Shown: positions 37,568-47,937 of the stretch, one piece after another | Position numbering within the stretch: the stretch's first letter is position 1 | How the letters are laid out: every line of letters begins with the position of its first letter | Assembly: GCA_965198225.1 (NCBI GenBank) | Contig: CBDAOY010000006.1 | Location: 448,001-512,000, forward strand | Source of the DNA: Terriglobia bacterium | GTDB lineage: Bacteria; Acidobacteriota; Terriglobia; 20CM-2-55-15 | Direction: 5' to 3' | DNA: 64,000 nucleotides | Notes under the pieces: model-generated | What the model saw: only the letters and a program-made list of their open reading frames with translations | Told to the model about the DNA's origin: nothing | The model's database searches: none | Program-made: the position numbers and the translations under genes

Positions 37568-39655
37568 CTAGCGGAACTGATTCCGCTGCTCACCTCCAGA
37601 GTCGTCCGAAGTTGCGAGCGGTTCGTGGGTGCCCCACTTCTCGAACCACTTCCTCAGGTAGAGCTGGGTCCGGAGGAAGTTCGAAGGCCGGGAAGTCGTG
37701 CCATGCCACTCTTCCTGGAATCGGATCATGACGGTAGGTACGCCTACGTACTGCAGTGCCTGGTAGAACTCTTCGGTCTGGCCCATCGGGGTGCGCAGGT
37801 CGTTCTCACCCGTCATGAGCATGGTCGGCGTCGTAACGTTCTCCACGTAGAAGATCGATGAGCGATCGATCCATTCCGCGGCGTCTTCCCAGAACGGCTT
37901 CTCGAAGGTACGCAGGTAGCTGATGGCGTCGGATGTTCCCATGGCAGACATCCAGTTGACGATGGGGCAGTTCGCCGAGGCGGCCCGGAAGCGATCGGTA
38001 TTGCCGACGATGTAGCTCGTCAGGATGCCGCCACCGGAACATCCGTAAACAAACAGGTTGTCTTCGTCGACGTAGCCGGTCGCGAGTGCCTCGTCGACGC
38101 CGCGCATGAGGTCCTGCATGTCGATACCGGGATAGTCGTGGTTGATAGCGTTTGCAAAGGCCGTCCCGAAGCCGGTGCTCCCCCGGGGATTGGTGTAAAG
38201 GACCACGTAATCGTTGGCGGCATGCTCCTGAAACGCGAAGTTGAAGCCGCCGTTGTACATCCCGTGCGGGCCGCCGTGGATCGCCAGCATCATGGGATAG
38301 GCGCGGTTCGGATCGAAGCTGGGGGGCTTCACGATCCAGCCCTGGACGCGGAAAGGATCCGAGTCATACCAGATTTCTTCCACCTCGCCAAGAGTGACGC
38401 CGTGGAGGACGTCGGCGTTCACCTCGGTCAGGCGGGTGACGTCGCTCGGACTCGCCAGGTCGAACCGGTAGATGTCGCCGGGCTCGTGCGCGCTCGAGAT
38501 CGTGCCGACCGCAATACCGCCGCCGGAAAACGACGATAGCGAAAGGAGCTGCTTACCTTCGGTGAGCTGCGTGACGCCCCCATCGATCGATACGAAGTGA
38601 AGGCCACGATACCCCTCGCGCGAAACACTGAAGTAAAGGCCGCTTCCGTCCGGTGCCCACTCAAGCCCGCGCGACTGGCGGTCGTAGTCGCCGGAGATCG
38701 CACGCGACCCGGACCCGTCGCGGTTCATCACATAGATTTTCTGATTCCGGTAGGTATCCTGGTGGGCCTCGATACCGGTGTAAGCGATCAGGCGCCCGTC
38801 GGCTGACGGCACCGGTCCGTTGTCGGGGCCGCGCCGGTCCGTAAGCTGAGTTACCTCCCCCGAAGCCACCGCGACCGCATAGATCTCCGATTCCTGCCAG
38901 TGGTCCGGTCGGTCCCAGTCCTCGGCGCGATAGGACGTGAAGTAGATCTCGGTTCCGTCGGGGCTCCACGCAATGTTCGAGTGGTTCCAATCGCCGTCGG
39001 TGAGCTGCCGGGCGGTTCCGCCTTCGGCCGGCACCACGAAGACGTGCGTCCATCCCGTATCGATGTAACCCCGGCGGTCGCGCTTGTAGCCGGCCCGTTC
39101 GACGATCTTGGGTTCTTCCACCCATTTCGCCCCGTCCGGTCGCGAGGGAAGTCCGACTCCGGAGAAATCCGCCTTGTCGTTCACTCGAGCGGCGAAAGCC
39201 ACCGAATTACCATCGGGAGACCAGCGCGCCCCCGATGGCCCGTTCTCCAGCCGGGTGATCTGAGTCACGGATCCTTCATCGTCCATCCAACGGACGAAGA
39301 TCTGTGAACCCTCCGGTTCCCCCTCTTTCGTGAAGAGGATTCTAGTACCGTCGGGAGACCAGCGCGCTCCACTACCGTCGATCAGTTGCCGATTCCTGGT
39401 GCCGTCGCCGTTCATGATCCATAGCGACGATTCGCGACGGTCGTTGACCTTGTCCACCCACTGGCGCGTGTAGATGATCCGGGCCCCATCGGGTGAGATC
39501 TGAGGATCTGAAACGGACTCCATGTCCAGGTACTTCTCGAGCGAGAGCCGCTGATCCTGAGCGCTGACTTCCGAGGCCAGGAGAAAAGCGCCGACAGAAA
39601 CCGCAAGCGCAAGGCAACCAAACCGACAGGCTCGGCGACCGTTCGTCCGTTTCAT
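37568..39655 (-). CDS. S9 family peptidase (acylaminoacyl/dipeptidyl aminopeptidase) with a PD40 propeller
   Basis: WSPDG repeats, IHGGPH, NPRGSTG, GCSGGG nucleophile, GENDLR, EWHG. Confidence 0.95.
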   Translation of the reverse strand: MKRTNGRRACRFGCLALAVSVGAFLLASEVSAQDQRLSLEKYLDMESVSDPQISPDGARIIYTRQWVDKVNDRRESSLWIMNGDGTRNRQLIDGSGARWSPDGTRILFTKEGEPEGSQIFVRWMDDEGSVTQITRLENGPSGARWSPDGNSVAFAARVNDKADFSGVGLPSRPDGAKWVEEPKIVERAGYKRDRRGYIDTGWTHVFVVPAEGGTARQLTDGDWNHSNIAWSPDGTEIYFTSYRAEDWDRPDHWQESEIYAVAVASGEVTQLTDRRGPDNGPVPSADGRLIAYTGIEAHQDTYRNQKIYVMNRDGSGSRAISGDYDRQSRGLEWAPDGSGLYFSVSREGYRGLHFVSIDGGVTQLTEGKQLLSLSSFSGGGIAVGTISSAHEPGDIYRFDLASPSDVTRLTEVNADVLHGVTLGEVEEIWYDSDPFRVQGWIVKPPSFDPNRAYPMMLAIHGGPHGMYNGGFNFAFQEHAANDYVVLYTNPRGSTGFGTAFANAINHDYPGIDMQDLMRGVDEALATGYVDEDNLFVYGCSGGGILTSYIVGNTDRFRAASANCPIVNWMSAMGTSDAISYLRTFEKPFWEDAAEWIDRSSIFYVENVTTPTMLMTGENDLRTPMGQTEEFYQALQYVGVPTVMIRFQEEWHGTTSRPSNFLRTQLYLRKWFEKWGTHEPLATSDDSGGEQRNQFR

Positions 39656-39913
39656 TTCAAACCCCCTTTCAGCGAATGATGTGTGCCACGCGGCGCGTCT
39701 AGCTCGACGTAGTGCTGGAAGAGCTGGCGCCGGACCCAGCCTCCACGGATTCTACTCTCGCCGGGATGCCGGAGTCACCAAAACCCAGGGGCAGGAAGAA
39801 CCAGAGACCTACTGCCTGAGAGGAATCAGACTTGTTCCTACGTGACAGAGCGGTCGGCAGCAGACGTCAAGCACTCCCGATTCAGACGAGCAGTCTCAGT
39901 TCCATCGAAATCC

Positions 39914-39942
39914 TTGACAGGTCGGCGGTGGAAGGGTAAAAC
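39914..39942 (+). promoter_or_regulatory. Sigma70-type promoter
   Basis: TTGACA-N17-TAAAAC about 50 nt upstream of ORF 39991. Confidence 0.55.
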
Positions 39943-39990
39943 CGGCTGAACCAGAGGCACGAAGCTGAACCCTCGCAGCCAGTCGATAAG

Positions 39991-40455
39991 ATGGAGCGAT
40001 ATCGATCGATCATCATCAAGAGCGTCACCTGGACATGCGGTGTCGGGTCAGTTTATTTTCTGTACCAGATTGTCGCAGTCGATGTGAGCACGACTCCCGA
40101 ACCCTTCTGGGAGCTTTTCGTCGACAGCGAAGCAGACAACGCGAGAGCCGCATTAACGTACATCCTGGTGGGCATTTTCCTTGGCCTTTTTGCGCTCCTC
40201 ATGGTGGCGCTGGCAGCAAAGTTTGCCTATAACATGGTTCACGGCGCCCTCAGCAAGATCGTCCCGCACGATTGGCGGTCACTCATCCTTCCAGTTGTTC
40301 TCCTGGCCACACTCTTCACTCTCCAGGGCTGGAAGGGGCCCATCAAACACGCGGCGATTTCGGCCTACCTGCAGGTAGACGAGATCATCGCTGTCGCCGG
40401 CGGCTATGACCCCGGGGTGACGGGCGAAGTGCCGGAGACTCCAGATAATCCTTAG
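39991..40455 (+). CDS. Hypothetical membrane protein (about 3 TM helices)
   Basis: 154-aa ORF with hydrophobic segments and an upstream promoter. Confidence 0.6.
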   Translation: MERYRSIIIKSVTWTCGVGSVYFLYQIVAVDVSTTPEPFWELFVDSEADNARAALTYILVGIFLGLFALLMVALAAKFAYNMVHGALSKIVPHDWRSLILPVVLLATLFTLQGWKGPIKHAAISAYLQVDEIIAVAGGYDPGVTGEVPETPDNP

Positions 40456-40803
40456 GCGCGAGCGAGGAGTTCGAGCGCCACGATCACACCCGAGTCGACT
40501 TCCGGCGGGTGCGAAAGAGCGCTACGCTCAGTTTTCCTGCGCTTTTCCTGCAAGCTTCTCTGTCAGTGAGGTCCCAAAAGACTCCGCCGACAGCACCGAC
40601 CGCACTCCGTCCGGCGCAACGAGCATTTCGTCGCTCATGTGGCTTCCACACTGGGAGCATTGAGGCCGCCGGAAATGCTAATTCACATGCGATACCGCGG
40701 CTGCATCTCTTCCATAGCACGGTTTTTGAACTGTCAGCCACGCAACACCAGGATCTCGGAATTGAGATTGGTCAGTCCCTGCACTCCCTCGATGGCCCGC
40801 ACT

Positions 40804-41769
40804 TCAAAAGACATGGGTGTAGATCATCGTCGTCCGAACGTCGCGGTGGCCGAGCAGTTCCTGGACCGTTCGTATGTCGTAGCCATCTTCGAGAAGGTGC
40901 GTCGCGAACGAGTGACGGAATGTGTGGCAACTGGCCGGTTTTGTGATTCCTGCCTTCCTCACGGCAGTCTGAACCGCTCGCCCGACAGCGGATTCGTGCA
41001 GGTGATGGCGGCGTTTTCGCCCCGTTTCCTTATGAAAGTAGATTCTGGTGGCAGGGAAAACCCATTGCCATGCCCACTCTGTTCCGGCGTTCGGGTATTT
41101 CCGGGCAAGTGCATAAGGTAATTCGACCCAACCGGCGCCTCTGCGAAGATCCTGTCTGTGCAGGTCCCGTTTCTTCAGCACATGAACCGAAAGAGGAGCA
41201 CGCACGAGGGACGGCAGGACGGTGACTCGATCCTTGTTGCCTTTGCCGCTCCGTACCGTAATCCGGCTGTCGCCGAACTCGATGTCCTTCACTCTCAATC
41301 TCAGGCATTCCAGCAGTCTGAGGCCAGAACCGTACAACAGAGTGGCAACCAGCCAAGGGACTCCGTCCAAAACCGCGAGAATCGATCGGACCTCTTCGCG
41401 TGTGAGAACGACCGGCAACCGCGCGGGACGCTTCGCTCTGGTGATCCGATTCAGCCAGGGCAACTCCATTCGCAAAACGTCGCGATAGAGAAAGAGGATT
41501 GCGGCCAGAGCTTGGTTCTGGGTGGACGCGCTGACCTGATGTCTGACGGCGAGCGATGACAGGAAGGCCGTTGCTTCCTCTTCGCCCATTTCAGAGGGAT
41601 GTCGCTTCCCATGGTAGATGATGAACCGGCGAATCCACCGGAGGTATGCTTTCTCGGTGCTGCGGCTGTAGTGCCGCATGCGGATCGCCGCGCGAACGGC
41701 CTCCATGAGTCTCGGCTTCTTGACGGGCTTGGCGAAATCTTCGCCGTCGCCCGATGGGATGTGACGCAC
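40804..41769 (-). CDS. intI: Integron integrase (C-terminal tail shortened)
   Basis: [26 protein letters not shown], IntI-specific insert ([18 protein letters not shown]...RRHH), [24 protein letters not shown]. Confidence 0.95.
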   Translation of the reverse strand: MRHIPSGDGEDFAKPVKKPRLMEAVRAAIRMRHYSRSTEKAYLRWIRRFIIYHGKRHPSEMGEEEATAFLSSLAVRHQVSASTQNQALAAILFLYRDVLRMELPWLNRITRAKRPARLPVVLTREEVRSILAVLDGVPWLVATLLYGSGLRLLECLRLRVKDIEFGDSRITVRSGKGNKDRVTVLPSLVRAPLSVHVLKKRDLHRQDLRRGAGWVELPYALARKYPNAGTEWAWQWVFPATRIYFHKETGRKRRHHLHESAVGRAVQTAVRKAGITKPASCHTFRHSFATHLLEDGYDIRTVQELLGHRDVRTTMIYTHVF

Positions 41770-43358
41770 CGGGAGTTTGACCGAACAGGAAGGGCACTAA
41801 CCCCTATATTTCACGGATAGGACCAGAAAAGGCCGCCCTGTTTGGCATAAAGCGTTTGACGAGAAACGTTTAAAAACCCAAACGGAGACGGCCCTTATGA
41901 GAACAGAGTGTAAGCAAGCCACGTTCGAATTTCACGGACTTTTTCAACGGAAAGTGAAGGCGCGATTCGACGGCGGAAAGATCACCTCCGACGCGGGTGT
42001 TCTGCTGTTGAGGGAAGTCGAGAAGCGGACGGGTTTGATCGCCGGACTGGAGCAGTGTTTTACCGATCACCGGGACCCGAGGTTGATCGAACACAGCGTG
42101 AAGGAGTTGTTGGGCCAGCGGATTTATGGACTGTGCTTGGGCTATGAGGACCTGAACGACCACGACCAGCTACGGACCGATCCGATGCTGGCCGTGGCGG
42201 TGGAGAAGGCCGATCCACTGGGAAAAAACCGGCGGCAGGCCGGAGACCGGGGAAAGGCGTTGGCAGGCAAGTGCACGCTGAACCGGTTGGAACTGACCGC
42301 AGAGCAGGTCGATGGCCAGGAGCGGTACAAGAAGATCGCCATGGATGGCGACAAGATCGACCGGTGGATGGTCGACGCGTTTATCGCGGCCCACGAATCG
42401 GAGCCCTCTGAGATCGTTCTGGACCTGGATGCCACCGACGATACGATCCATGGCAACCAGGAAGGACGGTTCTTTCACGGCTACTACGGCAACTACTGCT
42501 ACCTGCCGTTGTACATCTTCTCGGGAGAACATCTGCTGTGCGCCCGGCTCCGGCGTTCCAACATTGACGGGGCCGACGGAGCGGTGGATGAGTTAGAGCG
42601 CATCGTCGGTCAGATCCGACAGGTGTGGCCCACAGTATCGATCATCATCCGGGCCGACTCGGGCTTTTGCAGGGATGAACTGCTCGCCTGGTGTGAATCC
42701 CATCCGGTCGATTATGTGATCGGGTTGGCCAAGAACAGTCGTCTCAAGCAAGAAATCGCTGAAGAAATGGTTCAGGCGGAAGCGGAGTTTAACGCCACCG
42801 GGAAACCGGCGCGGGTGTTTAAGGATTTCCAGTACCGGACTCTAAACAGCTGGACCCGCGCGCGACGCGTCGTCGGCAAGGCGGAGTTCCTGGACAAGGG
42901 CGCCAATCCCCGATTATCGTGTGCCGCCGGAACGCTTCCAAGCCCGCGCTTTGTATGAGGACTTCTACTGCGCGCGGGGCGACATGGAGAACCGTATCAA
43001 GGAACAGCAGTTGGACCTATTTGCGGACCGGACCAGCGCGGCGACCATGCGCGCCAATCAGCTCCGGCTCTATCTCTCCTCAGCTGCGTACATGCTCATG
43101 CATGCCCTGCGACGCCTCGGGCTCAAACGCGATGGCCCATGCCCAGTGCGGGACCATCCGCTGAAGCTTCTCAAAACGGCCCGAATCCGCCTGACGGTCC
43201 GCAACGTCTGGATCTCGATGTCGGAGGGAAACCTTCGCCCTTATCATGCGGACAGGATTCCGCTTCGTTGCTGACGACACGCGAAAAACTCATCATTCGC
43301 CGTCGCCCGATGGGATGACTGACGCACCGGGAGTTTGACCGAACAGGAAGGGCACTAA
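41740..43358. repeat. About 61-bp direct repeats flanking the IS1380 (41740-41800 and 43296-43358)
   Basis: TTCGCCGTCGCCCGATGGGATG(AC)TGACGCACCGGGAGTTTGACCGAACAGGAAGGGCACTAA is present on both sides. Confidence 0.9.
41801..43290 (+). mobile_element. IS1380-family insertion sequence, transposase frameshifted in its 3' part, right IR not found
   Basis: FDGGKITSDAG, GYEDLNDH, LDLDATDD..HGNQEG, IRADSGF, YCARGDMENRIKE; left end CCCTATATTTCAC. Confidence 0.92.
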
Positions 43359-43525
43359 AACGATACTCCGGTCCGATGGACATCCGCAAGGGGACGCGGG
43401 ACCTTGAGAGACGTCATCCCCCATCTAATTCGCTTGAAATCCACTCCCGGCGGCCCTATGGTCGGTTCAATTCACTCACGGCAAAAGCGAGAGACCAGAC
43501 AGTTCACCTCAAGCAGGAGGACATC

Positions 43526-44194
43526 ATGGCCAGCAAGACGGATGGGACAGGACGTGGCGGCGACGAGCGCGGTATTTCACGACGCGAACTGCTGAAGCGT
43601 GCCGGGTTTGTCGGAGCGGCGGTGGCCTTTCCCGTTCCGGCGCTCACCCCGGGAGCAGCATCGGAGCAGGAGCGGGAACCGTTCGAGACGCTTACTGCCG
43701 CTGAGTCCGACACGCTGGAAGCGATGGTGGCGCGACTGATCCCCACAGACGACAATGGACCGGGGGCCGCCGAAGCCCGTGCGGCGCACTACATCGATCG
43801 CGCGCTGACCGGCCCCCTCGCGTCTTCACGCGACGCTTACTCGGCAGGTCTCGAGGCGGTCAACACTTACGCCCGAACCTCGAGGGGCGCTCCGTTCCGA
43901 GAGCTACAGGCCGAGGACCAGGATGCGGTCCTGACCGACATGGAGACCGGCGTCGCCACCGGCTTTAGGCCCGACTCGTCGCAATTCTTCGACCTGCTTC
44001 GGACACACACCATCCAGGGCACGTTCTGCGATCCCTACTATGGGGGAAACGCAAATTTCGTCGGCTGGGATCTCATCGACTACCCGGGCGTGAGAACCGC
44101 AGTATCCGCGGATCAGCAGCGCCTGGATACTGACCTCGAGCCGAACCACAGATCGGCGTACGACTACCGAATGTTTACCAAGAGGGGCAGGTGA
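43526..44194 (+). CDS. Gluconate 2-dehydrogenase subunit 3-like protein (Tat-exported)
   Basis: SRRELLK Tat motif, RLIP.DD..PGA, G.F.DP.YGGN...GW..I.YPG; AGGAGG RBS. Confidence 0.9.
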   Translation: MASKTDGTGRGGDERGISRRELLKRAGFVGAAVAFPVPALTPGAASEQEREPFETLTAAESDTLEAMVARLIPTDDNGPGAAEARAAHYIDRALTGPLASSRDAYSAGLEAVNTYARTSRGAPFRELQAEDQDAVLTDMETGVATGFRPDSSQFFDLLRTHTIQGTFCDPYYGGNANFVGWDLIDYPGVRTAVSADQQRLDTDLEPNHRSAYDYRMFTKRGR

Positions 44195-44197
44195 GCC

Positions 44198-45904
44198 ATG
44201 GCCGTCACACAGGAAAAAACAGACGTCGTCATCGTCGGACTCGGGGCCGTCGGAGGTGTGGCAGCCCTTCCGCTCACGCAGGCCGGGCTGGATGTGATCG
44301 GTCTCGAGGCGGGGACCTGGCTCAGCACGCGCGATTTCGCTCCGGACGAACTACGGAACAACGTGCGCGGGTGGCCTCAGTCGGCACAGAAGGCGAATCG
44401 TGAGATACCCACTCACAGGCGGAGCGCCGCGGCGCCGTACTCGCCCCGCCAATCGGTGCATCCGATGATGAACGCAGTCGGTGGCACCTCGCTCCACTAC
44501 TGGGGGCAGAGCTGGCGCCTCAACCCGTGGGACTTCAAGGTCGTCAGCGAAACGACCCGGCGCTACGGGGCTTCGCGAATCCCCGCCGGCTCGACCGTAG
44601 AGGACTGGCCGTTCGGACTGGAGGAGCTCGAGCCCTACTACGACAAGGCGGAGTATGAGGTCGGAGTTTCCGGTCAGGCCGGAAACCTCAACGGGACGAT
44701 CGACCGGCGCGGCAACATTTTCGAGGGGTCGCGCAGCCGTGAATACCCCATGCCTCCCCTCCGGAGTACGGGGTTCACCGAGGGGATGGGGGCGGCGGCC
44801 CGGAGGCTTGGATGGGATCCGTTCCCGGGGCCAGCGGCGATCAACAGTCAGAGATATCAGAACCGATCCGGGTGTGTGTACCACGGGTTCTGTAGCCGCG
44901 GCGGCTGCCACGTGGATGCGAAGAGTTCGACGGCGGTGTCCACGATCCCGAAGGCAATAGAAACAGGGCGTCTGACGGTCGTCACACAGGCGCACACGAC
45001 CACGATCGAGGTCGACGCCGACGGTCGCGCCACCGGTGTGAACTACATCAAGAACGGTGAGGAATACTTCCAGCCGGCGGATGTCGTATTGCTCGCCAGC
45101 TACGTATACGAGAACGTGCGCATGCTCCTGCTCTCGAAGTCGGACCCGTATCCGAACGGCCTGGGCAACAACCGCGGCCAGGTCGGTCGGCACTACCTCA
45201 GCCACAACACCGGCGCAGGCGTAACCGCCCTGTTTCCGTTCGATCTGAACAACTGGTACGGCACTCCCTCACAGGGTGTCGCCATCGACAACTGGGCCGA
45301 CGACAACTTCGACCACGGCGATCTCGACTTCATCGGCGGCGGAAACCTCTGGGTCTACACCGAGCGACGGCCGATAACGGCCGCGAGCATGAGCACGTTC
45401 GGCAGGGCGCCACGGTGGGGCTCCGCCTGGAAGGCCTTCATCAAGGAAAACGCCGACCGTTGGACGCGCACCTATATCCAGAAGACGACGCTGCCGTACG
45501 AAGACAACTACCTGGACCTGGATCCGACGGTGAAGGACCCTCTCGGCTTTCCCGTGTGCCGGATCACAGCAGACTTCAAGGAAAACGAAAAGAAGGTCGC
45601 GGTATTCACTCAGGACAAGATGGTCGAGTGGTTCATGGCGGCAGGCGCGATCGACACGCTGCGAGGCGGGATCGGCACGATGGGGCCGACGACCCACGCT
45701 TACGGCGGTACCCGCATGGGAGACAACCCGGACACGAACGTCGTCGACCGGTGGGGCTTCTCTCACGAGGCGCCGAACCTGGGCGTCCTTGGCGCCTCGC
45801 TCATGGGCACGAGCGGCGCCCGCAACCCCACGCTGACAGCCCAGGCCCTGGCGTGGCGAACGGCCGAGCACCTGGCCGAGAACTGGAAGACCATCGCCGA
45901 ATGA
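44198..45904 (+). CDS. GMC oxidoreductase (gluconate 2-dehydrogenase flavoprotein-like)
   Basis: VIVGLGAVGG FAD motif, VGGTSLHY, C...GFC...GC, HAYGGTRMG, NPTLT. Confidence 0.93.
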   Translation: MAVTQEKTDVVIVGLGAVGGVAALPLTQAGLDVIGLEAGTWLSTRDFAPDELRNNVRGWPQSAQKANREIPTHRRSAAAPYSPRQSVHPMMNAVGGTSLHYWGQSWRLNPWDFKVVSETTRRYGASRIPAGSTVEDWPFGLEELEPYYDKAEYEVGVSGQAGNLNGTIDRRGNIFEGSRSREYPMPPLRSTGFTEGMGAAARRLGWDPFPGPAAINSQRYQNRSGCVYHGFCSRGGCHVDAKSSTAVSTIPKAIETGRLTVVTQAHTTTIEVDADGRATGVNYIKNGEEYFQPADVVLLASYVYENVRMLLLSKSDPYPNGLGNNRGQVGRHYLSHNTGAGVTALFPFDLNNWYGTPSQGVAIDNWADDNFDHGDLDFIGGGNLWVYTERRPITAASMSTFGRAPRWGSAWKAFIKENADRWTRTYIQKTTLPYEDNYLDLDPTVKDPLGFPVCRITADFKENEKKVAVFTQDKMVEWFMAAGAIDTLRGGIGTMGPTTHAYGGTRMGDNPDTNVVDRWGFSHEAPNLGVLGASLMGTSGARNPTLTAQALAWRTAEHLAENWKTIAE

Positions 45905-45966
45905 AGACGGGCGATCGGCTGTTTCCGAAGACCCCGGTCCGTCATTTAGGTTGAACCGTCGGTCTT

Positions 45967-47013
45967 GTGAGGACCATAATTCGCGACATGTTTACGGGTT
46001 CCTCATGCGTCTACCGCCCTGCTCGACTTCCGGTCTGGCTCTTTTTCCTCGCGGCGATGCTTCTGCTCGTCAGTTGCGGAGAGAATTCCTCAGAGAGCGG
46101 CGTCATCGAGCTTCAGATCGGAACCGTCACCGCACCCGGATCGCTGGTTTCCGCAAGTTCCGAGGAGTTTGCCCGGCGGATCAACGAACGCCTCGAGGGC
46201 CGCGTCCGCGTGGAGTTCTTTGGATCCAGCCAACTGGGTAACGACGAAGTTCTGGTCCAGAAACTGAAGCTGGGAACGCTCGACTTCGCCGTCCCGTCGA
46301 CGATCATGTCTTCGCTGGTCGACGAATTCGGGTTGTTCGAGATGCCGTACCTGGTTCGGGATCGGGATCACATGCGACGCATCGGCGAGGAGATCTTCTG
46401 GCCGTCGCTGGCCCCCGCGGCCGAGGTAGCAGGTTACCGGGTCCTCGGGCTATGGGAGAACGGGTTCCGGCATATCACCAACAACACGCGCCCCATCTAC
46501 ACGCCCGAGGATCTCAGCGGGATCAAGCTGCGAACGCCGCGAGGGGAGTGGCGGTTCAAGCTGTTCCGGGTGTTTGGAGCCAACCCGACGCCGATGCCGC
46601 TGGCGGAGGTGTTCGTTGCCCTTCAGACCGGCGTGATCGACGGTCAGGAGAATCCGTTCGCACAGCTGGCAAGCCTCAAGTTCCACGAGGTCCAGGACTA
46701 CCTGTCGCTGACCGGTCATGTCTACAGCCCGTCGTATCTCCTGACAGGGGTGAACCGCTGGAACCGCCTGCCCGTCGATATCCGCGGGGTGATCGAGCAG
46801 ACGGCGAGAGAGATGCAGGATTTCGTCTACTCCGAGGCCGAACGTATGGACCGCGAGCTCCTGGAGGAGCTGCGGGGATCCGGTATCCAGATCAATGAGG
46901 CCGACCGCGACCGATTCCTCGAGGCCAGCGGTCCGATATACGAAGAATTCGGGAACGCGGTGTCGGGCGGGGCCGACTTGATCCAGACGGCGATCCGACT
47001 CACCAACCCGTGA
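45967..47013 (+). CDS. dctP: TRAP transporter solute-binding protein (lipoprotein)
   Basis: SQLG, ENGFRHIT, DLSGIKLR, GANPTPM, ALQTGVIDGQENP, EVQDYLSLTGH. Confidence 0.93.
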   Translation: MRTIIRDMFTGSSCVYRPARLPVWLFFLAAMLLLVSCGENSSESGVIELQIGTVTAPGSLVSASSEEFARRINERLEGRVRVEFFGSSQLGNDEVLVQKLKLGTLDFAVPSTIMSSLVDEFGLFEMPYLVRDRDHMRRIGEEIFWPSLAPAAEVAGYRVLGLWENGFRHITNNTRPIYTPEDLSGIKLRTPRGEWRFKLFRVFGANPTPMPLAEVFVALQTGVIDGQENPFAQLASLKFHEVQDYLSLTGHVYSPSYLLTGVNRWNRLPVDIRGVIEQTAREMQDFVYSEAERMDRELLEELRGSGIQINEADRDRFLEASGPIYEEFGNAVSGGADLIQTAIRLTNP

Positions 47014-47088
47014 GAGCCACGGCTGCCAGGCCGCATCGGACACCGCACCGAGGTGGTATACTGACCGCCAAAGAGGAGAATTCCGCCA

Positions 47089-47937
47089 GTGCAGATCGAC
47101 CACAAAAAATGTGTGGCCTGTGCCAACTGCGTCCCCGTGTGCCCGATGGGTGCGATCCATGTGGACGCCACGATCAACCGCGCCACCATCGACTATGACG
47201 AGTGCGTCGAGTGTGGGACCTGCTACCGCGGGATGAGCCAGGAACACCTGAACCCGACCATGGTTCGGGCCGTTCGGGGACTGGCCAAGATGTTCCGATT
47301 CCGTTTCGATCCGGAGCCCGACGTTTGCCCGACCGGCGCGTTCGTGATGGAAGATCTGGAATGGCCCCGTATCGCCCGTCGGGTGTTCAGCGATCCTCTC
47401 GTCGAACACAAGTCCACGGGAATCACGGGCCGCGGCACGGAAGAGGTCAAGACGAACGACGTGGCCCACCGCGTCGGTGTCGGCGAAGTGGGATACGTGA
47501 TCGAGTTTGGGCGGCCCGGAACCGGCGTCCGATTCCACCAGATACAGTCGATGACGATGGCGCTCGCCGGCATCAGAGTCACCTTCGAACCGAACAACCC
47601 GATCACGCATCTGATGACCGACAAAGGCGTCGGCACGCTCAAGGAAGATCTGCTGAACGAAAAGATCCTGTCGGCGATCGTCGAAATCAAGACGCCGCTG
47701 GCGGAGGTGAAGAGAGTGCTCGACACCGTCATGGACGTGTCGAAGCAGATCGATACCGTCATCGCGATCGGAGTCTCGACGCGCTGTGACGATGCGGGAG
47801 AGGATCCGCTGCTGGCATCGTTGCTCGACGAGCTGGGCTACTCGTTCGAGCGCTCCAAGACCAACATGGGCCTGGGCCGCGTCACGAATGTCGCCGAGGA
47901 GGGCACGGGTGACGAACACCTTGCATCGGTACGGTAA
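47089..47937 (+). CDS. 2x[4Fe-4S] dicluster domain protein with an uncharacterised C-terminal domain
   Basis: CVACANCVPVCP and CVECGTC...DVCPTG; GRGTEEVKTNDV and EFGRPG motifs. Confidence 0.85.
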   Translation: MQIDHKKCVACANCVPVCPMGAIHVDATINRATIDYDECVECGTCYRGMSQEHLNPTMVRAVRGLAKMFRFRFDPEPDVCPTGAFVMEDLEWPRIARRVFSDPLVEHKSTGITGRGTEEVKTNDVAHRVGVGEVGYVIEFGRPGTGVRFHQIQSMTMALAGIRVTFEPNNPITHLMTDKGVGTLKEDLLNEKILSAIVEIKTPLAEVKRVLDTVMDVSKQIDTVIAIGVSTRCDDAGEDPLLASLLDELGYSFERSKTNMGLGRVTNVAEEGTGDEHLASVR

